The notes under the pieces were generated by a model. The model searched no databases. It was not told where the DNA came from and saw only the letters and a list, made by a program, of their open reading frames with translations. A stretch of 64,000 nt of DNA from an uncultured Gammaproteobacteria bacterium. Lineage in GTDB: Bacteria; Patescibacteriota; Patescibacteriia; UBA11705; JABHMO01. Location of the stretch: contig CAZAKN010000001.1 in NCBI GenBank assembly GCA_964486065.1, positions 16,657 to 80,656 on the forward strand, given 5' to 3'. Below, piece after piece: positions 46,143 to 59,439 of this stretch (position 1 is its first letter; each line of letters begins with the position of its first letter). The position numbers and the translations under genes were made by a program.

Positions 46143-49127
46143 TTACAATTCGCGATGTTCGCAGATATTTTTATAGTCACAATATTTACACTTATTTTTA
46201 TTCGGTTTCGGAGTGAAATCATTGCGAGTAATAGCGTCAATATTTTCCAAAAATCTTTGCTTCAATGCATCTTTATCTTTCTCTTCGGCGAAAAATTCAC
46301 GATATGGATTATTATCATCTTCCAGAAAATAATATTGTAAGCCCGCCACTCGTAACCCGAGGCAATCTTCAGCCGCAATTTGGTAGAAACTCAATTGTCG
46401 TTTATCTTCGGCATTTAATTTTTCAGGTTTGGGTTTACCTGTTTTGTAATCAATAATCAACGCTTTTCCGTCCGGCAAACTATCAACGCGATCAATGCGA
46501 CCGACAAAAATATTGGAACCGATTTTTAATTTAAAACTTTGCTCCAAATATTTGACTTGCGGTTTTTCACGCGTGAAACGAGCATGAAAATTTTTCAAAA
46601 GCTTTTTGCCTTTTTCAAAGTATTGTTTTTTACTTTCTTTATTATCATACCAATCATCAATCCAATTTTCCTCATAAAGTTCAAGCAATCTCTTGAAGCC
46701 GGGCTTGGCTTTGGGGTCGGAATCCCCGAATAAACCGGCTTGCGCGCTCAACCCGCTTCCATAGTACTCTTCCAAAAATTTTTGCAAAGTATTATGCATG
46801 CTACTACCAAAGCTCAAACTGGCACTACCGAATTTTGGAACTTTTAAAATATTGGCGAATTTATATTGCAAAGGACATTTTTCGTATGTTTGCATTTGTG
46901 AAAAACTGAAATATTTGGGTGGCGCTATGAGTGTCACTTTGTTTTTTTCGCTTGAAGCCACCGAGTCGGCGATCTTCTCGGAAAAATCTTTACTTTTACA
47001 TTCTTGTATTTGAGTGGCCGATAAATTCAATTCATTTAAAAATCTGGATGGTTTCTTTTTCCGTGATCCGCCGTAATCTTCCGCCGTAGTAAAATACAAG
47101 CCTTTTTTGGCTCTGGTCATTCCCACATAAAACAGTCTTCTTTCTTCTTCCAAGTGTGCGATTTTTTCGTCACTTACCTTTTCCGACAACGCCGAAGGAA
47201 TATTTATATCTCCTCCCCTTTTATCAGTGGGAAATTGACGATCCACCAATTTGGGAATAAAAACATAATCAAATTCCAACCCCTTGGAATTGTGAACCGT
47301 CATAATTTTAACCATATCCGGCCCTACTTCCGGATCAAAAGCCAGATTGCCACTGTCACCGGCCTGCATTTCCAGTTCAATCAATTCAGTGAAATCTTTT
47401 ACCGTAACATTTTCCGTCGCGTTCTCAAATTTTTTCATTTTATTGAAAAATTGATTCAAATAATTGTGATTCAGTCTGAGTTCGGCTTCCGGCAAAGTTT
47501 CCATTTGTTTCAAGTATCCCGATTCATACAAAAATTTCAATACAATTTCAGATGGATTTTTATCTTTGACTGTGACGGTCTGTTTTTCAACCATACCTTG
47601 AAAATCTCGCAATTTTTTTTCCACGGTTTTATCCAATCCGGGCACGACGGCGGATTGCTTCACTGCTTCGTAAAGGGAAATACTTTTTCTTTTGGCGAAA
47701 TGAAGCAATTTGATCACTTGTTCCGGTGGCAAATCCAAATAATCATAATTCAAAGCTCGGAAAACAGCTGATGATTCATGATAATCATCCAACAATTTTA
47801 AATAATTAACTATATCAATAATTACAGGCTTATCGTAAAGTCCTTTCATGGCTAAAAATTGATACGGTATCCCCGCTTCGTAAAGATAATTGGTGAAATA
47901 TTCAGCCGCGGAATTGTTTCTGGCCAAAATGGCGAAATCCAACCAATCGCAATCGGTTCGCTTTTTTATTGCCAATATTTTATCAATAATTGCTACGGCT
48001 TCATCTTCCGCGGTTTGACTTCGCAAATGCAGGATCTCTCCTTTATCTTCAATATTGGCTCGCAACTTTTTATTAATCTTCAATTTTTCCTCCAAGCGAT
48101 TTGGATTATTCAATCGGATAAAAGCATAAGCCGTATCCAAAATACTTTGCGCGGAACGATAATTTTCTGCTAAAACTATTTCCGTGGCTTCAGGATAATC
48201 ATTTTTAAAATTCATAATGTTCGCTATTGAAGCGCCACGAAAAGCGTAAATCGCTTGATCATCATCCCCTACCACGGTCAGATTGTTTTTCGGCGCTGAC
48301 AATAATTTAATCAATTCATATTGAACGGTATTGGTATCCTGAAATTCATCAACCAAAATATATTTGAATTGCTTTTGATATTTCTTAAGTATTGCCGGCC
48401 GCAGGCCAAAAAGTTTCACGGTATAATTCAACAAATCGCCGAAATCCAAAGCTTCATTTTCCAGAAGCAAATTTTGATAAACATGATAAGCGTTGGCCAG
48501 CTCTTCCACTCGCATGATTTCGGTTTTAAAATGATCCTTTTTCTCGGATTTACTCATGCTTGACCAATCAAGATCCAGATCGATTTTTTTAACGAAATCA
48601 TTGGAATCCAAATTCAACCTCAGATCTTCGGCATAACTCAAATAATCTTCGGGATAAATCCCTTCGTCTTTACAACGAGAAAAATGTTTAAGCAAAGCAT
48701 GAATAAATTTATTTGGATTACCGAGTGGTTTATAATAATCCAGATTAAATTTATCCAAATTTCTTTTCATTAAAAGCCAAGCTTCTGTTTCATTGATTAA
48801 TTTATAATCATTGGATAAACCGATATCCAGAGCGTGTTGTTTTAAAATTTTATCGCAAAAAGAGTGAAATGTGGAAATCCACAAATCAACATAACCATAA
48901 GGCAACATAAGATCAACTCGCTCTTCCATTTCTCCGGCGGCTTTGTCCGAAAAGGTCAACGCCAAAACTTCATCAATATTAATATTCTTTTCGGTAATCA
49001 GCCAAGCGATTCGAGCGGTGATAACACGAGTTTTGCCGGTTCCTGCTCCAGCTACGATAAGCAAAGGCCCCTCACCGTGCGTAATGGCTTTTTTCTGTGC
49101 TTTATTTGATTCGGAAATAAGACTCAT
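46143..49127 (-). CDS. UvrD/PcrA SF1 helicase fused to a PD-(D/E)XK nuclease with Fe-S staple cysteines (AddA/AdnB-like)
   Basis: AGAGTGKT, VDEFQD, TVHNSKGLEF, EERRLFYVGMTRA; C-terminal CPLQY, GRIDR, IIDYKTG, CKYCDYKNIC. Confidence 0.85.
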   Translation of the reverse strand: MSLISESNKAQKKAITHGEGPLLIVAGAGTGKTRVITARIAWLITEKNINIDEVLALTFSDKAAGEMEERVDLMLPYGYVDLWISTFHSFCDKILKQHALDIGLSNDYKLINETEAWLLMKRNLDKFNLDYYKPLGNPNKFIHALLKHFSRCKDEGIYPEDYLSYAEDLRLNLDSNDFVKKIDLDLDWSSMSKSEKKDHFKTEIMRVEELANAYHVYQNLLLENEALDFGDLLNYTVKLFGLRPAILKKYQKQFKYILVDEFQDTNTVQYELIKLLSAPKNNLTVVGDDDQAIYAFRGASIANIMNFKNDYPEATEIVLAENYRSAQSILDTAYAFIRLNNPNRLEEKLKINKKLRANIEDKGEILHLRSQTAEDEAVAIIDKILAIKKRTDCDWLDFAILARNNSAAEYFTNYLYEAGIPYQFLAMKGLYDKPVIIDIVNYLKLLDDYHESSAVFRALNYDYLDLPPEQVIKLLHFAKRKSISLYEAVKQSAVVPGLDKTVEKKLRDFQGMVEKQTVTVKDKNPSEIVLKFLYESGYLKQMETLPEAELRLNHNYLNQFFNKMKKFENATENVTVKDFTELIELEMQAGDSGNLAFDPEVGPDMVKIMTVHNSKGLEFDYVFIPKLVDRQFPTDKRGGDINIPSALSEKVSDEKIAHLEEERRLFYVGMTRAKKGLYFTTAEDYGGSRKKKPSRFLNELNLSATQIQECKSKDFSEKIADSVASSEKNKVTLIAPPKYFSFSQMQTYEKCPLQYKFANILKVPKFGSASLSFGSSMHNTLQKFLEEYYGSGLSAQAGLFGDSDPKAKPGFKRLLELYEENWIDDWYDNKESKKQYFEKGKKLLKNFHARFTREKPQVKYLEQSFKLKIGSNIFVGRIDRVDSLPDGKALIIDYKTGKPKPEKLNAEDKRQLSFYQIAAEDCLGLRVAGLQYYFLEDDNNPYREFFAEEKDKDALKQRFLENIDAITRNDFTPKPNKNKCKYCDYKNICEHREL

Positions 49128-49212
49128 ATGCTCTATTTTAGCATTAAATCACGGTTTCGCAAAATATAAAAAACAGCGTTTCCGCTGTTTATTCTGATCC
49201 ATTTTTATTAAG

Positions 49213-49710
49213 TTAAGCCTCAATTTTAATTTTTTTAACCGCTTCCGGGAAAAACGGGATAAAAATTGAGCCGATTTTCAAAAGTACGGACGCGGTTACC
49301 GATTGAGCAACTTGCTCCACAAGCCATGGATGGATGGGATATTTACCTACAAAATATAGTAAAATAGCGGACACGAAAATACCTTCAACTATACCGAGGA
49401 TCAAGCCAAGCAAGCTGTCAAAAGTGGATAAAAATGGAATAATCATGATAATTTGAAAAATTTTACCGAACAGCCAAAAGACGATTCCGGTCAACTTCAC
49501 GCTAACTCCGAAAATAATAATAAAGGAAATAATATTGGCAAAATTTCCCCCTCCGAAAAAATCAGCCAACCAAGGGAAAAAGCGTCCCGCCAATAAAGTG
49601 GCTATAAATAATCCGACTAAAGATCCCAAAGATTCCAAAAATCCCTTCTTATAACCGAAAAAAGCAAAAATCAAAATTAAAGCGAATAATAAATAATCCA
49701 AAGTGATCAT
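49213..49710 (-). CDS. cvpA: CvpA (colicin V production) family membrane protein
   Basis: LD....GYKKGF..., DSLLGLILG.VEG; start moved to ATG 49710. Confidence 0.8.
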   Translation of the reverse strand: MITLDYLLFALILIFAFFGYKKGFLESLGSLVGLFIATLLAGRFFPWLADFFGGGNFANIISFIIIFGVSVKLTGIVFWLFGKIFQIIMIIPFLSTFDSLLGLILGIVEGIFVSAILLYFVGKYPIHPWLVEQVAQSVTASVLLKIGSIFIPFFPEAVKKIKIEA

Positions 49711-49828
49711 ATGCTGAATTATACCCGTTTTACCCGCAATTCGCAATTTATTTAATCAACAGTAATTTTTTATTAAAATTTCATCATGCTTATTTATACT
49801 GTAATCAGATCTTTACAAAGGAGATAAC

Positions 49829-50314
49829 ATGATCCAGAAACTGCAACCCGTTAATCTCCCCATCAAAATATTGCATAGAATCAACACCATTGGGAACATT
49901 TTGAAAGCAAAAGCAATGAACAAAAGAACTTATCGTGGTTTGAAAATTGAAATATCCAAGTTGGAAGTAAAGTTTCCCGAACACAATTTATTACAAGAAA
50001 TCCGCGCATCGTGGCTTTTATTGGGAATTGAAAACTTTCATTTAAGATTCTCTTTACCCGTTAATAATGGTGAAATACGCCTTGAAAAAAATTATCCCGG
50101 ATTTCCGCCATGGTTACTTCTAAACGAAGAAATAATTTTGAGAAATTTCAATCACAAAAAATTGGGATCTCATTATCATAATCTTTACAATAAGTTATAT
50201 TTCTTGCTTTATGTGATAAAAGATCAAGCGACCGAACACGCCGGCCGAGAAACCCTGCATTATTTATATTGGCATAAATTGGTGGAGAAACTGGAAAAAA
50301 ATAAAACCCGTTAA
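49829..50314 (+). CDS. Orphan hypothetical protein (SD-led)
   Basis: AAGGAG-5nt-ATG; hairpin AAAACCCGTT/AACGGGTTTT plus T-run at the stop; opposite to flanking operons. Confidence 0.6.
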   Translation: MIQKLQPVNLPIKILHRINTIGNILKAKAMNKRTYRGLKIEISKLEVKFPEHNLLQEIRASWLLLGIENFHLRFSLPVNNGEIRLEKNYPGFPPWLLLNEEIILRNFNHKKLGSHYHNLYNKLYFLLYVIKDQATEHAGRETLHYLYWHKLVEKLEKNKTR

Positions 50315-50405
50315 AAACGGGTTTTTTTATTTTTATATTTATGATTTAAAATAATCGCTGAACGGATCATGAGTCGTGTTCCGTGTTCCAAGCCATTTTC
50401 TTATT

Positions 50406-50858
50406 TTAATTATACTTTTTTACTCCCACGCCGCGTTGTTCAACTCTTCGCTGTTTCTTGCGTCCGACTCTTAATCTGACCAATTCTTTTTCTATCTTGG
50501 TGCTGATCATGGCAAACTCGCGAGAATCAACACTTCTTTGATGTTTTAATTCTTCAGCTTTTTTAATAGCCACTTCAGCTCTTTCCAAGTCAATTTCTTC
50601 GGATCTTTCCGCCGTATCAGCCAGAACCACCACTTTTTCTGAAAGCACTTCAATAAAACCTCCGGAAACAGCCAAAGAAAAAGTTTCATCCCCCTTGGTT
50701 ATTTTAATTTCACCGGATACCAAAACCGCGATTAAGGGAACATGATTTACTAAAACCGTTATTTCTCCACGCAAAGTCGGCAAAGTTATACTGTCAACTT
50801 CATCCTTGAAAACCACTCTTTCCGGTGTGGCTATTTTAAAATTTATTTTATTTGACAT
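50406..50858 (-). CDS. atpC: ATP synthase epsilon subunit
   Basis: IATPER, GEITVL.NH.P, VSGGFIEV, LADTAE. Confidence 0.95.
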   Translation of the reverse strand: MSNKINFKIATPERVVFKDEVDSITLPTLRGEITVLVNHVPLIAVLVSGEIKITKGDETFSLAVSGGFIEVLSEKVVVLADTAERSEEIDLERAEVAIKKAEELKHQRSVDSREFAMISTKIEKELVRLRVGRKKQRRVEQRGVGVKKYN

Positions 50859-50954
50859 ATTTGCAAATTAAAATTGGATATTGGTAATTGGTATTTTGCG
50901 ATCTAAACATTTGAAATTTGGAAATTAAGGCTTTTAATCTTAAATCATTTATTT

Positions 50955-51782
50955 TCAGAGTTCCGGATCTACAATTCCTTCCTCCAGGGAATTATCCTCG
51001 GTGTCTATATCTTCTTTTTCAGTGTTTTCTTCATCAAGATCATCTTCATTTTCAGGTTCCGGTTCTGCTTCTTGCGGACGCAACTCTTCCCATTCCCCCT
51101 CTGTCAGCTTTACCAATTCAACACTTTGGATTACCACATCATTCAACGGATGATTATCAGCGTTCACTTCCACTTTTTCAATTTTTTCAACTATATTAAA
51201 ACCTTCTATCACATGACCGAAATTCGTGTGTTTTCCATCCAACCACGGAGTCGCTTCCTTGGTTACGATGAAAAATTGCGAACCATTAGTATTGGCTCCG
51301 CTATTGGCCATGGCCATTGAACCTCGGACCAATTTTATATCATTGATTTCATCGGGAAATTTATAACCCGGACCACCGCGTCCATCATCCGACCAATCAT
51401 CATCTTTACTGTTCGGATCACCGCCTTGAATCATGAAATCATTCATTACTCGGTGAAATTTTATGCCATCGTAAAAACCGAGTTTTGCCAAATTCATAAA
51501 ATTATTAACCGTATTCGGAGCTTCGGGGATAAAAAAAGCAACTTTGAAATTTCCGTAATTGGTATTTATCCAAGCGCCGTCATATTCATTGATCAAGGCT
51601 TCAAACTTACTATTATCAATTGCCTGCGGTTTGGTCGCTTGCTTTTCTTGTTTTATTTTTTCCAATTCGGGTTTGGCACTTTTATCCAAATCAACTTGTT
51701 CGTAACTTTCAATTTTATCTCCGGTGCAACCGGTCAAAAAGAAAACGCATAAAAACAATGTTGAGAGCAATTTTATTCGCAT
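50955..51782 (-). CDS. Cyclophilin-type PPIase lipoprotein with acidic tail
   Basis: Lipobox FLTGC; FHRVMNDFMIQGGDP, MANSG, NGSQFFI, WLDGKHT. Confidence 0.9.
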   Translation of the reverse strand: MRIKLLSTLFLCVFFLTGCTGDKIESYEQVDLDKSAKPELEKIKQEKQATKPQAIDNSKFEALINEYDGAWINTNYGNFKVAFFIPEAPNTVNNFMNLAKLGFYDGIKFHRVMNDFMIQGGDPNSKDDDWSDDGRGGPGYKFPDEINDIKLVRGSMAMANSGANTNGSQFFIVTKEATPWLDGKHTNFGHVIEGFNIVEKIEKVEVNADNHPLNDVVIQSVELVKLTEGEWEELRPQEAEPEPENEDDLDEENTEKEDIDTEDNSLEEGIVDPEL

Positions 51783-51820
51783 AGACTTCAAATTATTTTT
51801 TAGAAGCTATTTATATTATA

Positions 51821-54173
<2,353 letters not shown>

Positions 54174-54176
54174 AAA

Positions 54177-55706
54177 TTATTTTTCCTCATTTTTAATAAT
54201 GAATTCCGGAACCGTTGACTTATAATCTTCAATAACTTTTTTCAATTCCGTTTCAATCTCTTCAGTCAACTGTTTTTCTTCAGCGATTTTATTTAATATA
54301 TCTTTAGCCGAAGAATTTAAATATTTATGAAAACCTTCTTCAAATTCGGCTATCTTCTTTTCATCAACATTATCCAGCAAGCCGTTAATGGCCGAGTAAA
54401 TAATCGCCACCTGATTTTCAACTTCAAAAGGCATGTATTGTCCTTGTTTCAAAATTTCCACTAATCTTTTTCCGCGTTCAATTTGCTTTTTGGTGGCTTC
54501 ATCCAAGTCCGAACCGAATTGCGCAAACGCCGCCAATTCACGATATTGCGCCACTTCCAAACGCATTTTTCCGGCTACTTTTTTCATAGCCTTAATCTGA
54601 GCACTGGAACCCACGCGAGAAACCGATAAACCTACATTGATCGCCGGCCTGACACCTTGATAAAACAAATCACTTTCCAAAAATATTTGTCCGTCGGTAA
54701 TGGAAATAACATTGGTTGGAATGTAGGCGGAAATATCTCCGGCTTGAGTTTCAATCACGGGCAAAGCGGTCAATGATCCACCTCCCATCTTATCACTTAA
54801 TTTCGCGGCTCTTTCCAAAAGCCTTGAATGCAAATAAAAGACATCACCGGGATATGCTTCTCTGCCGGGCGGTCTTTTCAAAAGCAATGAAATTTCACGA
54901 TAAGCCACCGCATGTTTACTCAAATCATCGTAAACAATCAAAGCGTCTTTACCTTTATCCATGAAATATTCTCCCATAGCGCAACCGGCGAAAGGAGCCA
55001 AGTAATTCAAGGAAGCCGAATCCGATGCTCCAGCCAAAACCACAATAGTATGATCCATGGCGCCGGTTTCTTCAAGTTTAGCCACGATCTTGGCAATCTT
55101 TGATTCTTTCTGACCGATGGCCACATAGATACAAATCAGATCTTTCCCTTTTTGGTTGATAATCGTATCAATGGCAATGGCGGTTTTCCCCGTTTGTCTG
55201 TCGCCGATAATCAATTCTCTCTGACCGCGTCCGATAGGAATCATCGCGTCAACGGCTTTAATTCCCGTTTGAACGGGTTCGTTTACGCTTTTTCTGGCTA
55301 GAACTCCATGAGCGATTTTCTCCACCGGATAATTGACCTTACTTTTAATCGGTCCTTTTCCGTCAATCGGTTGACCTAATGGATCAACTACGCGACCGAC
55401 CAATTCATCACCCACCGGCACTTCCAAAATTCTGCCCGTGGTTTTCACAGAATCTCCTTCTTTTATTTTGGTGCAATCACCCATAACAATGGCCCCGATC
55501 ATGTCTTCTTCCAGGTTCAAAGCCACGCCCATTTCCCCACCGCTAAACTCAAGCATTTCCGAACTCATGCAATCAGACAATCCCGCGATTTTGGCGATAC
55601 CATCACCCACTTCCACTACTTGTCCGACTTTTTCTTGAACCACTTTTTCTTCAAAATTATCAATTCTGTCTTTGATTGCGCTGATAATAAAATCTTTTTC
55701 CGGCAT
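54177..55706 (-). CDS. atpA: ATP synthase alpha subunit
   Basis: [29 protein letters not shown]. Confidence 0.97.
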   Translation of the reverse strand: MPEKDFIISAIKDRIDNFEEKVVQEKVGQVVEVGDGIAKIAGLSDCMSSEMLEFSGGEMGVALNLEEDMIGAIVMGDCTKIKEGDSVKTTGRILEVPVGDELVGRVVDPLGQPIDGKGPIKSKVNYPVEKIAHGVLARKSVNEPVQTGIKAVDAMIPIGRGQRELIIGDRQTGKTAIAIDTIINQKGKDLICIYVAIGQKESKIAKIVAKLEETGAMDHTIVVLAGASDSASLNYLAPFAGCAMGEYFMDKGKDALIVYDDLSKHAVAYREISLLLKRPPGREAYPGDVFYLHSRLLERAAKLSDKMGGGSLTALPVIETQAGDISAYIPTNVISITDGQIFLESDLFYQGVRPAINVGLSVSRVGSSAQIKAMKKVAGKMRLEVAQYRELAAFAQFGSDLDEATKKQIERGKRLVEILKQGQYMPFEVENQVAIIYSAINGLLDNVDEKKIAEFEEGFHKYLNSSAKDILNKIAEEKQLTEEIETELKKVIEDYKSTVPEFIIKNEEK

Positions 55707-55718
55707 ATTTTTTTATGA

Positions 55719-56249
55719 TTATTTGTATAAATTATTTTTTAATCTTTGTATTCTACCGCTAACAGTTAAATCCAAAACTGTATCTCCCATTCTGATTTTT
55801 AATCCTCCGCCGATTTCTTCATCTAAAACATTTTCAATCACTACTTGTTTTTTCAATTTATTGTTTAAAACTTCGGTCAATTCTTTAAGTTGTTTTTTAT
55901 TCAATTCCAAAACTGAAATCACTTCCACTTTTTCCACTTTGTCACGGAACATAAGTTCATTTTCCGCGCAATCCACCAGTTTTGGTAGATCGTTCAATAA
56001 ATTATCGTCCACCAAAAGCAAAAGCAGATTCAAAGAATTTTTGTTTAATTTTTTACCGAAAACTTTTTTCAATACTTCTTTTTTGTCAAAAACATCAATA
56101 TTTCTATTTTGCAAAAAATTCTTCATTTCTCTAACTTCCGCGATATATCTGATCGCTTCGCGCAAACCGGAAATTTCCTTTTGCCAATCGCTCGTTACGA
56201 TCGCTTCAATATAAGCTTTGGCGTAATGTTTATAATTGGCGCTCGGCAT
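55719..56249 (-). CDS. atpH: ATP synthase delta subunit
   Basis: YAKA, C-terminal IGGGLKIRMGDTVLDLTV; operon position. Confidence 0.88.
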   Translation of the reverse strand: MPSANYKHYAKAYIEAIVTSDWQKEISGLREAIRYIAEVREMKNFLQNRNIDVFDKKEVLKKVFGKKLNKNSLNLLLLLVDDNLLNDLPKLVDCAENELMFRDKVEKVEVISVLELNKKQLKELTEVLNNKLKKQVVIENVLDEEIGGGLKIRMGDTVLDLTVSGRIQRLKNNLYK

Positions 56250-56250
56250 A

Positions 56251-56763
56251 CTATTTGATATTCATTTTTTTAACTTCCAGAATGGCTTCTTCAATCAATT
56301 TCGTGTGCGCCTTTTGATCAATCGCCTTACCTGCGACCTTATCCAATGCGGCAATCACCATTTCTCCCAATTCCATCTTCGCATCTTTTACCATTTCCTT
56401 TTTTTCCGAGGCGATTTTTTCCTTGGCACTTTCCACCACTTTTTGTGCTTCATTTTGAACTTTGGTCAATTTTTCTTGTCTAACGGCTTCAGCGTTTTTT
56501 TCGGCGGCCTCTACTATTTTGGCGGCCTCCACTCTTCCTTGTCTTTCTTTTTCCTTTTTCAATTCCTCGGATTTTTCCAGGTTTTTTTCCGCATCTTCCG
56601 CATCGGCGATTCCTTTTTCAATTTTTTCTCCGCGTTCAGTCATAAGTTTGATCAACGGTTTAACCGCGAAAATTCCCAATACAATAACAATAATCGCAAA
56701 ATTTATCATTTGCGCGATAAGCAACTTCCAATCAATGTGAAAAGTATTTATTAGTTCATCCAT
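56251..56763 (-). CDS. atpF: ATP synthase Fo b subunit
   Basis: AQMINF TM, KPL...ER, coiled coil. Confidence 0.93.
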   Translation of the reverse strand: MDELINTFHIDWKLLIAQMINFAIIVIVLGIFAVKPLIKLMTERGEKIEKGIADAEDAEKNLEKSEELKKEKERQGRVEAAKIVEAAEKNAEAVRQEKLTKVQNEAQKVVESAKEKIASEKKEMVKDAKMELGEMVIAALDKVAGKAIDQKAHTKLIEEAILEVKKMNIK

Positions 56764-56793
56764 ATTTTTTTGTAAATAATAATAAACTTTAGC

Positions 56794-56817
56794 TCGCGCC
56801 GATGATCATCGGCGCGA
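56794..56817. repeat. Perfect 24-bp palindrome between atpE and atpF
   Basis: TCGCGCCGATGATCATCGGCGCGA. Confidence 0.8.
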
Positions 56818-56827
56818 AAAAAATTCA

Positions 56828-57070
<243 letters not shown>

Positions 57071-57131
57071 TTATTATTATTGTTTAAGGTCCGTGTACTT
57101 CTTATTAATTATTTATTATTGATATTTTAAA

Positions 57132-58073
57132 TTAATGATCTTCCGACATGGCGATTGAAAAATATACCGTGGTCAACATGGCAAAAATCAAAGCTTGTAT
57201 AACTCCCACAATTAGTTCCAAAAACATAAACGGTATGGGCAACCCAACCGCCAAAATGGCCGCCATGGAAGCCAACAAAACCTCGCCGGCGAAAACATTT
57301 CCGAACAAACGAAATGACAATGATGCCACCTTAGCCACTTCTCCCACTATTTCAATGATACCCACGAAAAACTTAATGGGATTAACGATAACCACGGTCG
57401 GATCTTTAAAAATATTGGCCGGAACCGCCATTAAGGCTTTTATATTAACGAATTTATTAATATATTTCCAGGTACCCACCGCGAAAATTCCAAATAAATT
57501 GGACGCTACCACGGAAATCAAAGCCAAAGCCAAAGTGGTGTTCATGTCCGCGGTTCCTCCTCGGAAAAACGGGATAAACACACTATGCCCGTGAGCTTGT
57601 TCAATATAGCCAATAGAGCCGATTCCAGGCAATAGCCCCATCCAATTATTAACTAAAACAAAGACGAAAATGGAAAACACAATCGGAAACATCTTCATGG
57701 TCTTCTTCCTTGCACCGGTAACCGAATCCGCCAAATTCAGCGCCCCTTCAACTATAATCTCCACCATATTTTGCAAACCCTTGGGAATTAATTTCAGCTT
57801 GCCTCGCAAAATCACGGAAAAAACGACCAAAATAAAAACAACCAACCAAGTATTGACCAAGGAGTTGGTTATATTAAATCCATTATAATTTATCAATGGC
57901 TCGGCAGCCAAAGATATTTCATGCTCCACATGCTCTTCGGTCGCGTGTGTTTCATGATTATCCGAAGTCAAACCTTGGTCGGATACATGTCCCGCTGATT
58001 GTTCAGCATAATTCAAATCCGCTTCTTCAGGTGAAGCTGACGGGTGGTATTCTTCGGCAATATGTTGAGACAT
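57132..58073 (-). CDS. atpB: ATP synthase Fo a subunit with His/acidic N-terminal extension
   Basis: NNWMGLLPG, TADMN, SLSFRLFGN.FAGE, IQALIF. Confidence 0.95.
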   Translation of the reverse strand: MSQHIAEEYHPSASPEEADLNYAEQSAGHVSDQGLTSDNHETHATEEHVEHEISLAAEPLINYNGFNITNSLVNTWLVVFILVVFSVILRGKLKLIPKGLQNMVEIIVEGALNLADSVTGARKKTMKMFPIVFSIFVFVLVNNWMGLLPGIGSIGYIEQAHGHSVFIPFFRGGTADMNTTLALALISVVASNLFGIFAVGTWKYINKFVNIKALMAVPANIFKDPTVVIVNPIKFFVGIIEIVGEVAKVASLSFRLFGNVFAGEVLLASMAAILAVGLPIPFMFLELIVGVIQALIFAMLTTVYFSIAMSEDH

Positions 58074-58075
58074 AA

Positions 58076-58348
58076 TTATTTACTTTGCTCTTGATTTTTC
58101 TTGTCCTCCTTTTCCATGGTTTTGGCGGCTTTAATTACATTGATAACCAAACCGATATTGGTAATCAGGAAAGCAACGGCAATACAAATATAAAAATAAA
58201 AGCTTTGTCCATCATTGTATTTGTCATCCAGCCATGCGCCGAGAAACAAAGCCACAACGATTGGACCCACGATCCAAGCGCTGATCTGCGCGAATAGATG
58301 CATGGCCGGTCTCCACCAAGCATTGTTATTTTCAGGTTGCTTATCCAT
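58076..58348 (-). CDS. AtpZ/AtpI-family protein
   Basis: 2-TM, GAWLD motif, first gene of the atp operon. Confidence 0.75.
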   Translation of the reverse strand: MDKQPENNNAWWRPAMHLFAQISAWIVGPIVVALFLGAWLDDKYNDGQSFYFYICIAVAFLITNIGLVINVIKAAKTMEKEDKKNQEQSK

Positions 58349-58441
58349 AAATTATTCCAATGTCCAAAATACGGTAAAACCACTAACATTCTACTCTTAA
58401 TCAAGTAAAAAATCAAGGTTAAGTGTTGATAAAACAAATAT

Positions 58442-59272
58442 TCACAAATTAAACAATTTTTTAGCGTTATTGTCAGTAATTCGCATCATATCTTCGTAGG
58501 AAGAACCGCGCAATTCAGCGATTTTACGAATCACATATTCCACGAAAACCGGTTCATTTCTTTTGCCACGATGCGGTTCCGGAGTTAAATATGGACAATC
58601 GGTTTCCGCCAAAATTCTATCTTCCGGCATGGACTTGATAATTTCATGTAATTCCTTCGTGGCATTTTTAAAAGTTATCACTCCGGTAAATCCCAAGTAA
58701 TACCCCATGCCCAATAATTTTTCAGCTTGCTCCCGATTACCGGCGAAACAATGCACGGTGGCGGATTTATCCAATGGATTATCTCTCAAAATTTCAATCA
58801 AATCATCATACGCTTCCCGACAATGAATAATCATGGGCAACCCCAATTCATTGGCCAGATCAATATGCTTTTTAAAAACCTCTTGTTGCAAATCTTTTTG
58901 TTCTTTCAAATCTTCATCCGCTAAATGATAATAATCCAAACCATTCTCCCCGATCGCCACCACCTTGTCCGAAAATTGAGCCAAATTTTTATATTTTTCA
59001 TAATCAAAACTTTCCGCGCGACTGATAATCTCCACGGTTTCTTTCGCATCAACTTTTTCCACTATTTTTCTTTGATTTAAATGAATCGGATGCAAAGCCA
59101 CGGACGCGTAAACATTTTCATATTCATCCGCCGTTTTAACCGCTCGCTCACTCGTGCTGAACTGCGAACCGACATTGATAAATGAACAATCTTTTTCCAT
59201 GCATCTTTTAATCACATCTTCATAATCATTTTTAAAAGGAAAAAAATTAACATGGGCGTGAGAATCAATCAT
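58442..59272 (-). CDS. tatD: TatD-family DNase
   Basis: DSHAH, HPIH, IGENGLDY, IHCR, HCF, ETDCPYL. Confidence 0.93.
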   Translation of the reverse strand: MIDSHAHVNFFPFKNDYEDVIKRCMEKDCSFINVGSQFSTSERAVKTADEYENVYASVALHPIHLNQRKIVEKVDAKETVEIISRAESFDYEKYKNLAQFSDKVVAIGENGLDYYHLADEDLKEQKDLQQEVFKKHIDLANELGLPMIIHCREAYDDLIEILRDNPLDKSATVHCFAGNREQAEKLLGMGYYLGFTGVITFKNATKELHEIIKSMPEDRILAETDCPYLTPEPHRGKRNEPVFVEYVIRKIAELRGSSYEDMMRITDNNAKKLFNL

Positions 59273-59439
59273 ATTTTAAAATTATTTTTAAAACATTTAA
59301 CACTATACAATTTTTTGCACAAGTTATCAACAAAAAATTATTGTCTGTATTTTTCAATATGATATTATGAAACTGCGATTAGCGCATAAACGAACATTGT
59401 TAAACCAATTTCATTAATATACCAACGGGGAGGTATCCA

